Assembly: GCA_902768665.1 (NCBI GenBank) | Contig: CACXMA010000009.1 | Coordinates: 11,879-75,878 of the forward strand | Reading direction: 5' to 3' | Origin: an uncultured Bacteroidia bacterium | Lineage (GTDB): Bacteria; Bacteroidota; Bacteroidia; Bacteroidales; UBA932 | Length of the DNA stretch: 64,000 nucleotides | In this document: positions 46,762 through 56,516 of the stretch, one piece after another | Numbering within the stretch: the first letter of the stretch is position 1 | Layout of the letters: each line of letters begins with the position of its first letter | Notes under the pieces: generated by a model | What the model was told of the DNA's origin: nothing | The model's database searches: none | What the model saw: only the letters and a program-made list of their open reading frames with translations | Program-made: the position numbers and the translations under genes

Positions 46762-47988
46762 ATGAAAAAGTTTCTTTTCATCGCTGCAACTGCAGCTGCC
46801 GTCCTGAGCGCCTGCGCCCAGACGGAGGAGACCCACAAGGTCAACGCGCAGGGCGACGCCGTCGGATTCGGCGTGTATGTCCCCCAGACCAAGGCGGGTG
46901 CTGCCGGTCAGACCACCACTGCCAGCATTCAGCGTTCCGAGGCGAACGGCGGCGGATTCGGCGTCTTCGCTTATTACACGAATGACGGTGACTATTCCGC
47001 TTCCGCAAAGCCGAACTTCATGTACAACCAGGGCGTTTTCTATAACGCTTCCAAGTGGGAGTACACCCCGATCAAGTACTGGCCGAACGAGTATGGCACC
47101 GGCGCCCACAGCACAGGTACCGACAAGGTCAGCTTCTTCGGTTACGCTCCTTATGTGGCTACGGCTTCCGGCCCTTATGGCATCACGGCTTTCGCCCCGG
47201 CCAACAACGCCGCCGGCAACCCGACCGTCACTTACGTCATCGACCCCACTCCGTCGACGGCTGTCGACCTCTGCTGGGCTGTAAAATCCGACACCGGTCT
47301 TCCTTGGATCAATCAGACCAAACAGAGCACATCCGGTACCGTCGCTTTCCTGTTCAAGCACGCCCTCGCCCGCTTCAATGTCAACGTCCGCGGCTACTTC
47401 GATGCAGTCCGTTCTGCTGAAGGCGCTGTCAGCACCGACGACATCGATACCAACACCAAGATCACCATCGAGAAGATCGAGATCAAGGGCACCTTCGCAC
47501 CCTCCGGTACGCTGAACCTGAACAACACGACGGCCAACACGGCTCTCTGGACCCCCGCAACGGCTGCCGAGACGACCCTCACCATTCCCAATGCCGACAT
47601 CGCCGCCAGCCTGAAGGCAACCGTGGACGGTGAGACTTCCTTCCCGAGCATCGCCGGTGTAACCAAGACCAATGTCAACGTGTTCACCGGTGCCGCCCCC
47701 GCCAAGACGGACGCCACCTACTACACGTTCATTCCGACCACGACTTCCACCACGCTCAATGTGAAGATCACTTACTATGTGACCACACAGGATGCCAAGC
47801 TTGACGGCGGCATCAGCTGCGTCAAGAATGTCATCGACAAGGACATCACTTTCGCGAGCGGCTTTACCTGCGGTCTCAACTACAATCTGAACATCGTCCT
47901 CGGCATGACGACCGTCAAGCTCGAGGCCACCGTTTCCGATTGGGCGGATCCTACCGATGTCGACATCGACCTCCCGGTCAACCTTTAA
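46762..47988 (+). CDS. Fimbrillin family lipoprotein (major-pilin-like)
   Basis: Lipobox LSAC, QTKA, GFGVFAYYT, PNFMYNQ, KYWPN, FKHALAR, VSDW. Confidence 0.9.
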   Translation: MKKFLFIAATAAAVLSACAQTEETHKVNAQGDAVGFGVYVPQTKAGAAGQTTTASIQRSEANGGGFGVFAYYTNDGDYSASAKPNFMYNQGVFYNASKWEYTPIKYWPNEYGTGAHSTGTDKVSFFGYAPYVATASGPYGITAFAPANNAAGNPTVTYVIDPTPSTAVDLCWAVKSDTGLPWINQTKQSTSGTVAFLFKHALARFNVNVRGYFDAVRSAEGAVSTDDIDTNTKITIEKIEIKGTFAPSGTLNLNNTTANTALWTPATAAETTLTIPNADIAASLKATVDGETSFPSIAGVTKTNVNVFTGAAPAKTDATYYTFIPTTTSTTLNVKITYYVTTQDAKLDGGISCVKNVIDKDITFASGFTCGLNYNLNIVLGMTTVKLEATVSDWADPTDVDIDLPVNL

Positions 47989-48008
47989 TCGACTCTATTT
48001 ATTTTATT

Positions 48009-48032
48009 CATGCGGGCCTGACCGCCCGCATG
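48009..48032 (+). promoter_or_regulatory. Intra-operon hairpin after the major pilin (right operon)
   Basis: CATGCGGGC-ctgacc-GCCCGCATG perfect 9-bp stem, no U-tract. Confidence 0.6.
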
Positions 48033-48043
48033 GGTACCAGTAT

Positions 48044-49087
48044 ATGTTAAGGAAATTCGGCATATGGGCTTTGACGGCGATGATGGCCGTCTCCTGCGCC
48101 AAGGTGGCGCAGGAGGGCGGCGACGAGCCGTGGAACGAGCTCGGCGGCGACCGTCCGGTGTCGTTCCGCTCGAGCCTTACCGCCCCGGAGACCAAGGCCA
48201 CCCTTCCGACGGGATCGAGTTTCGGCGTCTTTGCCTACTACACGAAGACGACCAACTGGAATTCCGCCAGGGGCGCCACCGTGCCCAATTTCATGTACAA
48301 CGAGGAGGTTACCTTCGACGGCACCTCCTACAGCTACGCCCCCATAAAATACTGGCCCAACAACACCAACGAGAAGATCAGTTTCTGGGCCTACTACCCC
48401 TATTCGGCCAGCGCCGTGCTGTACAAGAAGAATTCGACCACCGTCTTCAACAACACGACCAAGGACCTTCCGGACATCCGTTTTACGGTGACCGACGGGC
48501 AGACCGACTTCATGGTTTCCGACGTGGCGGCCAACAAGACCAAACCGGCCGTGGACACGCCCGTCGAGCTGAGCTTCAACCACGCCCTGTCGAGGCTTTC
48601 CTTCTATGTGAAAAAAGTGGACGCGGCGGTCCCGGAGAAGTACACGGTCAAGCTCAAGACGATCCGGCTGGACGGTATCTATCTCACGGCTACCCACAAG
48701 AATTCGGGGACCGTCGGATGGGCGAACTGGACCGGCCCCCGCGGAACCGTCTCCCCGTTCGCTCCCGCCGACCCTTCCGCTTACCTGACGCTTGCCACGA
48801 GCTATCCCGCAGCCGGGTCGCCCCAGGCCATCTCCATCGTCCTTCCGCAGGACCTCTCCTACGAATATGCGATGCTCCACGTCGAGTATACCATCGATTT
48901 CGAGGGTCTGCTCCACACCAGGACCATGATCAGCAACATTCCGCTGAGCAGCGTCTTCGAAGACGCTTCCGCCCTGTGGCAGAAAGGAAAAGAATATAGA
49001 GTAAACATCAGCATTACCCCGGACGACCCGATCGAGTTCTCCGTAACCTGGTCCAACTGGGGAACCGTACATAATATAAACTGCTAG
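48044..49087 (+). CDS. Fimbrillin family lipoprotein
   Basis: Lipobox AVSC, ETKA, FGVFAYYT, PNFMYN, KYWPN, FNHALSRL. Confidence 0.88.
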   Translation: MLRKFGIWALTAMMAVSCAKVAQEGGDEPWNELGGDRPVSFRSSLTAPETKATLPTGSSFGVFAYYTKTTNWNSARGATVPNFMYNEEVTFDGTSYSYAPIKYWPNNTNEKISFWAYYPYSASAVLYKKNSTTVFNNTTKDLPDIRFTVTDGQTDFMVSDVAANKTKPAVDTPVELSFNHALSRLSFYVKKVDAAVPEKYTVKLKTIRLDGIYLTATHKNSGTVGWANWTGPRGTVSPFAPADPSAYLTLATSYPAAGSPQAISIVLPQDLSYEYAMLHVEYTIDFEGLLHTRTMISNIPLSSVFEDASALWQKGKEYRVNISITPDDPIEFSVTWSNWGTVHNINC

Positions 49088-49089
49088 AG

Positions 49090-50211
49090 ATGAAACTGCG
49101 CCTGTCCATATCCGCCGCCGCTGTCCTCGCGCTCCTTTCCGGGTGCGTGAAGGAAGGCCCGTCCCGGGTGGACACGGGCAGGGAACCGATCCGTTTCGGA
49201 GCCTCCGCCGGCATCGAGACCAAGGCCTTCGATCCCTCCGACAATACCCGTCCCAACGACCCCCGGACGCTCATCAGTGTCGGAAACGGCGTGAGTCTCT
49301 TCGGCGTGTGGAGAGCTACGATCGGGGATGATTCCGTCTATGAGACGCTCTTCAACAACCGCCGCCTCCGCTGCAACAACGTCTACCTGGACGACCCGAC
49401 GGACCCGCTGTCCTTCGATCCCGAGGACCAGAACAGCAGCGTATGGGACTACGATCCGCTGGAGTATTGGAAAAATACCGGCGACTACTGCTTCACGGCC
49501 GTCTCGCCTTATACGACGGGCGACGCATCCATCAACAGCGCCTACGAACTGAAAATTTCCTACCGTGTGGGTACCAATCACGACCTGATGGTGGCCCGCG
49601 CCTACCGGGCGGAGCCCGCGGGCGGAAAAGACCGTGTGGAGCTGGCCTTCAAGCACGTTACCTCCGCCGTCCGCTTCCTCTTCGGAACGGCCTCGGACCA
49701 GGGCGACAAATACAAGCTGACGGCCTTCCGCCTGGAGAACCTGTCGCCCCGCGGCACGCTGACCATCGACAGCCGCCTCACCGCTCCCATCGACTTCGGT
49801 CCCGGCGGGCCGGACGAGCCTCTGGACTGGTCTGCCGGCGCGATCGGCGTTCTGGGCACCCTGTTCGACTGGACGGCCGACGCCTCGGATCCGGAAAAGA
49901 CCGTCCCTTACCCCACCGACCCGGACAATCCGGACGACTACGCCCAGATGGGCTGGTATTATATGATTCCCCATACGCTGGACGCGGGCGCCTCGGTGGT
50001 CTTCTCCGTTTCCTACGACGGACAGACGCCCGTGGAGACGACGATCAACATCTCCGACCTGGAGCTTCCCGCCGGCGCAGACACCTGGCAGCCGAACCAC
50101 GTTTACAACTATTTTATCACCGTCAGCCAGAGCGGCGCCGACATCGAGGTGGTGGCTACGCCCTGGGACGAAGTGAGCATTACGACGGACCCGGTAACAT
50201 TTGAAGGATAG
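49090..50211 (+). CDS. Fimbrillin family lipoprotein
   Basis: Lipobox LSGC, ETKA, EYW, FKHVTSAV, WQPNHVYNY, TPW. Confidence 0.85.
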   Translation: MKLRLSISAAAVLALLSGCVKEGPSRVDTGREPIRFGASAGIETKAFDPSDNTRPNDPRTLISVGNGVSLFGVWRATIGDDSVYETLFNNRRLRCNNVYLDDPTDPLSFDPEDQNSSVWDYDPLEYWKNTGDYCFTAVSPYTTGDASINSAYELKISYRVGTNHDLMVARAYRAEPAGGKDRVELAFKHVTSAVRFLFGTASDQGDKYKLTAFRLENLSPRGTLTIDSRLTAPIDFGPGGPDEPLDWSAGAIGVLGTLFDWTADASDPEKTVPYPTDPDNPDDYAQMGWYYMIPHTLDAGASVVFSVSYDGQTPVETTINISDLELPAGADTWQPNHVYNYFITVSQSGADIEVVATPWDEVSITTDPVTFEG

Positions 50212-50212
50212 G

Positions 50213-52033
50213 ATGAGAGCACTGAGATACATATTGCTGCTGACGGCGGTTCTCCTTTCGGGGTGGGCCTGCCGGAAAGAAGTCGATCCCGCAGAGACGG
50301 GAACGGGCCAGGGCGGCGTCGTATTCAGGCTTACGAGCAGGGATCCGATCCGGCTCCAGACGAAGACCGACGCAGACGAACTGCTGGACGGACTCCGCTT
50401 CTCGAACCTGCTCGTCATCCTCGTGGACAACACCGGGCAGGTCGTCGGAAATATCTACAAATCATACCCTTACGACCCGGCCAGCCCCGGGAATGATCCC
50501 CTTCAGGAGGAAGTGACCGGGAGCACACTGACCGATGACACCGTCCATTTCGAGCATCTGAACCCGGGCAATTACACCGCCTACGCTTATGCGAATATCG
50601 ATGCCGAAGCCTGGCAGGAGAGCGGGGAGGATATTTCCGCCACGGGGAAGGAGAAGGATCTGGTGTCCGGCGACTTCTCCGCCTTCCTCGAGCGGGAGCT
50701 CAAGGCCGCGGATCCGATTACTCCCGCAGCTGCCGGCGAGAGCGCCATGCTCCTCACCGGGCAGGCGGAGGTCGCCGTCGGCCTGTCGGTGGAGCCCCAC
50801 ACCGTCTATCTGAAGCGGCCCGTGGTGCGCCTTCGCGTCTACATCAACAACACGACGCCTTACCCGGTGCGGATGGACGAACTTCAGTTCAGCGACTTCA
50901 ATGCCGACAGGGCATACCTGATCGGCCGGAGCGACGACAGCGGCGTGCCTTCCGTCCCGGCGGGCGTAACCTACGGTCCCCTGCCCTCCTACCCGATTCT
51001 CTCCGCTTCGCCCGAAACAGCCCCCCAGTCCGGGGCTCCCGGCTATGAGGAAGAGTACCTCGTATACGAGACGCTGCTCTATGAAAACGCCTGCCCGGAT
51101 CCGTATCAGGTCTTTGCGACCCTTACGCTTGACCCTTCCGGCCTCAACCGGCAGATGTCGCTGGGTGAGATAGTACGAGAACCTGTCAACGCCACAACCC
51201 TCAACGCGATGGCAAACGGCGAGCAGATGGACATTCTGCTGACCAATCCCCGCAAGCAGACCCGCTCCGCCCGCCTTTATTACGGCGTCAGCGCCGAGGA
51301 CAATTATGCCTGGGAAAGCTGCGGATACGAAAGCTATGCCGATCTCCTGAACCGGATCACGGCCATCTTCTCGGAGTCTCCGTCCTGTTACTATGAGGGA
51401 TACACCTATAATGGTACTGGGTCCAGCCAGGCCGGCCTGGCCGGATGGACCGGCCTGGCGGCGGATGCTCCGCTGGGGCCTGCCCCGAACGGTCCCACCG
51501 TCACTTTCGATTATACCGGAGCCAACAGCGGCACTCCCAAAAAGTACGTCAGGACGCTGACAAGAGGGGCAGACGGGAAGTTTTCCATCGAAGGTCTGTC
51601 TACATCTGCCACATCCCTTACCAATATGCAGATCGAACAAGGAGGGTCGAACGACAACAACCGTTTTGCCGCCGACCTGCCGAGAACTTTCCTCGTCAAC
51701 CTCAAGAACAGTTCCGGCAAGTATCTCAAGTCCGACAGCAAGTACAGTGAGTCAAATGTTGATAAAGCCAAGAAGAGCACGCTCCTCTGGGACGGCACCA
51801 CAACCAATCAGGACCACCAGTTCATGCTTTTCAGACAGAAGCGCGACTGGGCACCCCTCAAGCGAATCCTCAAAGAAAGCCACAAGGAAGTTCCCCTAAC
51901 TTATATGACCCGTAACGAAGACATCAAGCTGGTCATCAACGTCTTCTACGCCGACCAGGAAGGCACCCTGAACTTCGACGTCGACAACAGCACCTGGACG
52001 ACACCCAGCGAATCGTCCCACACATTCAATTGA
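50213..52033 (+). CDS. Fimbrial minor/tip lipoprotein
   Basis: Lipobox GWAC, QTKT, YAYAN, LKRPVVRL, LLYEN. Confidence 0.75.
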   Translation: MRALRYILLLTAVLLSGWACRKEVDPAETGTGQGGVVFRLTSRDPIRLQTKTDADELLDGLRFSNLLVILVDNTGQVVGNIYKSYPYDPASPGNDPLQEEVTGSTLTDDTVHFEHLNPGNYTAYAYANIDAEAWQESGEDISATGKEKDLVSGDFSAFLERELKAADPITPAAAGESAMLLTGQAEVAVGLSVEPHTVYLKRPVVRLRVYINNTTPYPVRMDELQFSDFNADRAYLIGRSDDSGVPSVPAGVTYGPLPSYPILSASPETAPQSGAPGYEEEYLVYETLLYENACPDPYQVFATLTLDPSGLNRQMSLGEIVREPVNATTLNAMANGEQMDILLTNPRKQTRSARLYYGVSAEDNYAWESCGYESYADLLNRITAIFSESPSCYYEGYTYNGTGSSQAGLAGWTGLAADAPLGPAPNGPTVTFDYTGANSGTPKKYVRTLTRGADGKFSIEGLSTSATSLTNMQIEQGGSNDNNRFAADLPRTFLVNLKNSSGKYLKSDSKYSESNVDKAKKSTLLWDGTTTNQDHQFMLFRQKRDWAPLKRILKESHKEVPLTYMTRNEDIKLVINVFYADQEGTLNFDVDNSTWTTPSESSHTFN

Positions 52034-52041
52034 TTCCGAGC

Positions 52042-55000
52042 ATGAAAAGGCCTATCCACCATATTTTCCTCACCACCCTGCTTGCCGCGGTCACGCTCCT
52101 TCCCGGAGGCTGCGTCCGGGAAATCTACGACCGTCCCGCCGAGGGAGAAGGAGAGGTGATCGACCTTGCCATCCCCTTCGGCGCGCCGCGGGGAGAGAGC
52201 GTCACCGTCTCCACCAAGGCAGAGCTTTCCCTGGCGGACGAGAGCCACGTGTTCAATATGTATCTGCTCATCTTCGACGGCTCCGGCGACAGCGGCAAAA
52301 AGATTTACGGCCACTATTTCGACGGAAGCAACCTGGGAGCGAGCACGGAGAACAATTGGTGGGAAGTCGACAACATGCCATCGGCCTCAGACCCGACGAC
52401 AACGACCGGCACCCTCCATATCCGGACCGCCAAAAAGGGAGGCTGCACCGTGGTCGCGGTAGCCAACATGAACCCTGACGACCTGGACGTCTCCCCGGGA
52501 AGCCTCTCTACCATAAAGACTTACGGAGATCTCAAGAATGTGGTCGCCACCCAGGTCCGCAGCGAAATCGCCGCCAATTCCGGCTATTTCCTGATGACCG
52601 GGCAACTCACCGGAATCGACATTCTCGGCAATACGTCGGACCCCAATGACATCAGCCGGAACACCCTGCATCTCAAGCGGCTCTATGCGAAAATTGCCTT
52701 CGAGGTCCAGGTCGGAAAGGCAGGCGCGGCCGCCGGCATCCGCAAATTCGTTCCGGACAAGTGGTACGTAGTCAATGTCCCTTCCTGTTCCTACCTGCTG
52801 GAAAGGACCTCGACGCCCTACGAAGACGCGGCCGTGACCCTCGATCCCGACCCTTCGGCCAGTCAGTTCTTCTCCACACCGGAGCTGGGATTCGAGACCG
52901 AGAAACTGGCCAAGGATCCGGACAACCCTTCCAATTATGTCTACTATCACGACGGAGTCACCAAGGCCTCCTGCTACGGTTTTTCCTTCTATATGATGGA
53001 AAACCGAAAGGCGCCGTATGCCCGTTCTGGGGACGTTCTCCCCTCTTCTTTCACCTATGCCGACAGGGAACGGGAAATCAAGGACGGTTCCGGGCACAAC
53101 CAGGGTTTCCGCTATGCCGACGAACGCTCCGCCTACATCGTGATGACTGGCAAGATCGTGATGGGCGTCACATCCGGCTCCAATGCCAATGCCACGCTGG
53201 ACGCCAATGTCAAGTACAAGATCCATCTGGGCAATTTTGCCAGTGACAATGCCGACTTCAACATACTCCGCAACCACAACTACACTTATAAGATTTACAT
53301 AAATGGGTCTGACGACATCAAGACAGAAGTTGAAACGCGTACTGAGGAGAATGAACCGGGCGCCACGGGCCGCGTCGTCGTTGCCGAAGAGGAGGTCTTC
53401 GACAGCGACTGCCACTACAGCACCCAGGTGATTTCTTTCCACGCCAGCCTTATCGACCCCAGCCAGATCAGCTGGTATGTCGAGACCCCGTTCAACCCCG
53501 AGGGCGCCGGCCCGGACGACGGCCTGGAACTCAGCGACATCGACTACAAGTGGGTGCAGTTCCATGTGAACGCCATGGGAAGCGACGGGAAATACTCCCA
53601 GAACCGCGTGCTCTACGAGCCCCATGACTGGGAGAAATATGATGAACTGGGCATTGCCCCGGGGACGAAGGGCCACACGATGTACGTCAACGAGCTCGTG
53701 GAGTATATCAAGCACCAGAAGAGCCAGTACGACCTCCATCTGGCCGATCCGTCCCTCCCCAAGAGCGATTTTGACAACGACACCGACCCCAAAATTTCGG
53801 TCACGGCCTTTGTCAACGAGTATTATTACGAGGAGCATCCGACCAAAGGCGGATTCGACCCCACCCTTTGGAAACTGGTGGTGAACCATCCGATGCGGCG
53901 TATGCACATCCTGGCATCATCGGCCCGTTCCGCCGACGGAGAGAGCAACCTGATCGGCGCCTCCTTCACCCTCCAGCAGCGTTCCATCCAGAGCATCTAT
54001 GCCGTCCATGAAGTCGCAGACCTACAGTCCGCCTGGGGGATGGAGTTCACGGACGACGAAAGGGAAACCGGAGCTTCAACATACTGGAAGAATAAAAATT
54101 TTGAAGATTGTGGCAATACCAGTTCCACAAACGGAAGACTCAATTCCCTGAAACTCTGGGGCATACTAAATCCGGACGGGACTGAAAAAACAGGATTCTT
54201 ACCCCGCTGGGACGATTATCTTAATCTAGAAGGCACTAATACTACGCCACAACTTCTGAATGATTACAATTACCTACGTTACAGTTGTCTTTCCAGAAAC
54301 AGGGACAACGATGGTGACGGTTTTATAGACCCTGAAGAGATTCGCTGGTATATGGCATCCGATGTCCAATTGATAGGTGTATTCCTGGGTTCTTACGGCA
54401 TTGAAGGTGACGCAAGGCTTTATCAGCGTAATGCGTCCGAACAGGCCGAAAACAATAAGAATATATGGCGTCAGCACATTATCGCCAGCAACCGCTATCC
54501 CGGAGCAGCTTATACGAATAGTAATGTGTATCCCCGTATCGTATGGGCGGAAGAAGGCGTAAACGGCAGTAATATGAGTTACAGCGGCAACGACCAGACC
54601 TCAACATTCAGTACACGTTGCGTACGAAATCTGGGCTATTATATAGATGGTGGTCAGAAAAAAGATATTACCCAGTCCGCCCCCGCGGTAGAGCCTGACC
54701 CATACGCAATTTTGACGCGAAAGCATCTGGAGTCGGATGGATCAGTGACAAGTCCATATACCGGTAATTATGACAATCAGACATTCTATGAGTTTGATTG
54801 CTCCCATATCAACTTAAATTCCCTTCGCGAACCTGTGGACCACGAACTCGTAGGTCACGACGAGCATAGCAAGATGGCCTGCCTGTCCAGTAAATTCGGA
54901 ACGGCACCGGTAATAGACCTGAAAACCGTGGATACGCGCGTATTCAACGGTACCACTTATGATTTGAAAACATTCAGCGGCATCAATAATTACCTCAACG

Positions 55001-55296
55001 CCTGCTTCCCGGATCTGGATAGCGGATTCAGGATCTGCCCCGAGGGGTATCGTCTGCCAAATGCCAGGGAAGTGTCGTTGATGTGGACGGTCCTTTCGGC
55101 TTTGACTACTGGAGATTCTGCATATCTGGGCAATTCCGGTGACACAGACGGCACCTTCAGCCGTACCTACTGGTCTATGGGTGCATTAGGTTCCCAAAAA
55201 GCGCCCACTTATTACGGCTGGGGAATGAGTTCCAAGCACCTTCTGATGGCCCTTAACCAGAAGTTTACAAAGCCCCGCTGCGTCAAGGATATCTAA
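52042..55296 (+). CDS. Large fimbrial tip-like lipoprotein with two C-type-lectin-like modules
   Basis: Lipobox-like PGGC, STKA, LKRLYAKI, FYMMEN, ILRNHNY; RCVRNL and CPEGYRLPN..YWS..RCVKD. Confidence 0.78.
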   Translation: MKRPIHHIFLTTLLAAVTLLPGGCVREIYDRPAEGEGEVIDLAIPFGAPRGESVTVSTKAELSLADESHVFNMYLLIFDGSGDSGKKIYGHYFDGSNLGASTENNWWEVDNMPSASDPTTTTGTLHIRTAKKGGCTVVAVANMNPDDLDVSPGSLSTIKTYGDLKNVVATQVRSEIAANSGYFLMTGQLTGIDILGNTSDPNDISRNTLHLKRLYAKIAFEVQVGKAGAAAGIRKFVPDKWYVVNVPSCSYLLERTSTPYEDAAVTLDPDPSASQFFSTPELGFETEKLAKDPDNPSNYVYYHDGVTKASCYGFSFYMMENRKAPYARSGDVLPSSFTYADREREIKDGSGHNQGFRYADERSAYIVMTGKIVMGVTSGSNANATLDANVKYKIHLGNFASDNADFNILRNHNYTYKIYINGSDDIKTEVETRTEENEPGATGRVVVAEEEVFDSDCHYSTQVISFHASLIDPSQISWYVETPFNPEGAGPDDGLELSDIDYKWVQFHVNAMGSDGKYSQNRVLYEPHDWEKYDELGIAPGTKGHTMYVNELVEYIKHQKSQYDLHLADPSLPKSDFDNDTDPKISVTAFVNEYYYEEHPTKGGFDPTLWKLVVNHPMRRMHILASSARSADGESNLIGASFTLQQRSIQSIYAVHEVADLQSAWGMEFTDDERETGASTYWKNKNFEDCGNTSSTNGRLNSLKLWGILNPDGTEKTGFLPRWDDYLNLEGTNTTPQLLNDYNYLRYSCLSRNRDNDGDGFIDPEEIRWYMASDVQLIGVFLGSYGIEGDARLYQRNASEQAENNKNIWRQHIIASNRYPGAAYTNSNVYPRIVWAEEGVNGSNMSYSGNDQTSTFSTRCVRNLGYYIDGGQKKDITQSAPAVEPDPYAILTRKHLESDGSVTSPYTGNYDNQTFYEFDCSHINLNSLREPVDHELVGHDEHSKMACLSSKFGTAPVIDLKTVDTRVFNGTTYDLKTFSGINNYLNACFPDLDSGFRICPEGYRLPNAREVSLMWTVLSALTTGDSAYLGNSGDTDGTFSRTYWSMGALGSQKAPTYYGWGMSSKHLLMALNQKFTKPRCVKDI

Positions 55297-55377
55297 AAAT
55301 AATTGGTAATTCGAAAATCTTTAACTACTTTTGTAAGTTGTAAGACCAACCTATCTGATTACAAGAAATACTATTAT

Positions 55378-55860
55378 ATGAAGAAGATCGCCACCCTCCT
55401 TGCAGGCATGCTCCTGTTCGCAGCAGCCGCGTTTGCACAGACCCCTTCCGTCACGACTCCGAGCCAGAACCTCCGCCTCCAGTATAAGGGAGCCCGCGTC
55501 ATCGGCAACGATGTCGAGCTGACCGTCACCATCACCAACCTTTCCTCCGAGGAGGTCGTCCTCAACCTCGTCGGCGGTACCTACCAGAACGGCATGGCCG
55601 GCAGCGTCGCCTATGACAACGACGGCAACATCTACGAGCTCAACAACATCCTCGTCTCCGTCGGCAACAAGAGCTACACGGAGCAGTACAGCTCGACCGC
55701 CTTCCCGTCCCAGGTCCCGGTCAAGTGCCATATCTTCGTCCGCGGTGTCGACAAGGCCGCCAACCTCTTCTCCAAGGTGAAGCTCTGCCTCCTCTGCCCG
55801 CAGCTCGACATCCGGAACACCGGCATCCACTTCGAAATCAACAACGTGAGCATCAAATAA
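55378..55860 (+). CDS. Secreted hypothetical beta-sandwich-like protein
   Basis: Sec signal MKKIATLLAGMLLFAAAAFA; own TACTTTTG box at ~55327. Confidence 0.7.
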   Translation: MKKIATLLAGMLLFAAAAFAQTPSVTTPSQNLRLQYKGARVIGNDVELTVTITNLSSEEVVLNLVGGTYQNGMAGSVAYDNDGNIYELNNILVSVGNKSYTEQYSSTAFPSQVPVKCHIFVRGVDKAANLFSKVKLCLLCPQLDIRNTGIHFEINNVSIK

Positions 55861-55872
55861 CTCCGTCTGGCC

Positions 55873-56481
55873 ATGAAGGATCTCCGCATCCTTGCCGGAC
55901 TGTGTATCCTCATCGCATCGGTCTCTGCGTCGGCCCAAACCACCGAATCCGTGAGCACCGATGCGGTTGTCGTTTCTGACACCCTTACGACAGTCCCGAT
56001 CGTTCCGCTCTCCCCTACGTCGACAAAGACCGACACCGGAAAGAGCGTCTTCCTGCCGCCGACCATCCTGGCCGAAGACGTCGTCAACACGGTAAAGCCG
56101 GCCTCCGTGCCGGGAGAGGCCCTTCCCGAGCCCGTAGAGCGCGTTTCCCCCGTCTTTATGGGCCTTTCGACCAATCTGCTGCTGGATGCCGCCCTGGCGC
56201 CCAATATCGGCGTGACCGTCCCGGTCGGGCAGCGCTGGTCCGTCCAGGCATCCTTTGCCTGCCCCTGGTGGGATAACGGCGAAAAATCCTTCGCCTACCA
56301 GGTGCTCCACGGCAGCGTCGGAGCCCGCTACTGGCTGAGGGGCTGGAAAGAGCGCAACAACGCCGACCCGGGCTTTCTTCGCGGCTGGTTTGCCAGCGCC
56401 GGAATCGGAGGCGGATACTATGACATCGCTCCCTGGGGAGACGGCGCCCTCCCCAACCAAATTTTTTTACATATACTATAA
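55873..56481 (+). pseudogene. Truncated DUF3575-like gene
   Basis: STNLLLDAALAPN, CPWW, GARYW, GGGYYD, then runs into AT-rich non-coding sequence; lacks the GPT(K/R) end seen in both paralogs. Confidence 0.65.
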
Positions 56482-56516
56482 TTTAGGGGGGAAAAAAGGT
56501 TTCATTTGATTTCGGT

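Noticed and set aside
31950-55296. Local DGR template/variable repeat pair between the two lectin-like tips
   Set aside because: They share only the 11 bp encoding PRCV; upstream differences are not adenine-restricted and no RT is present
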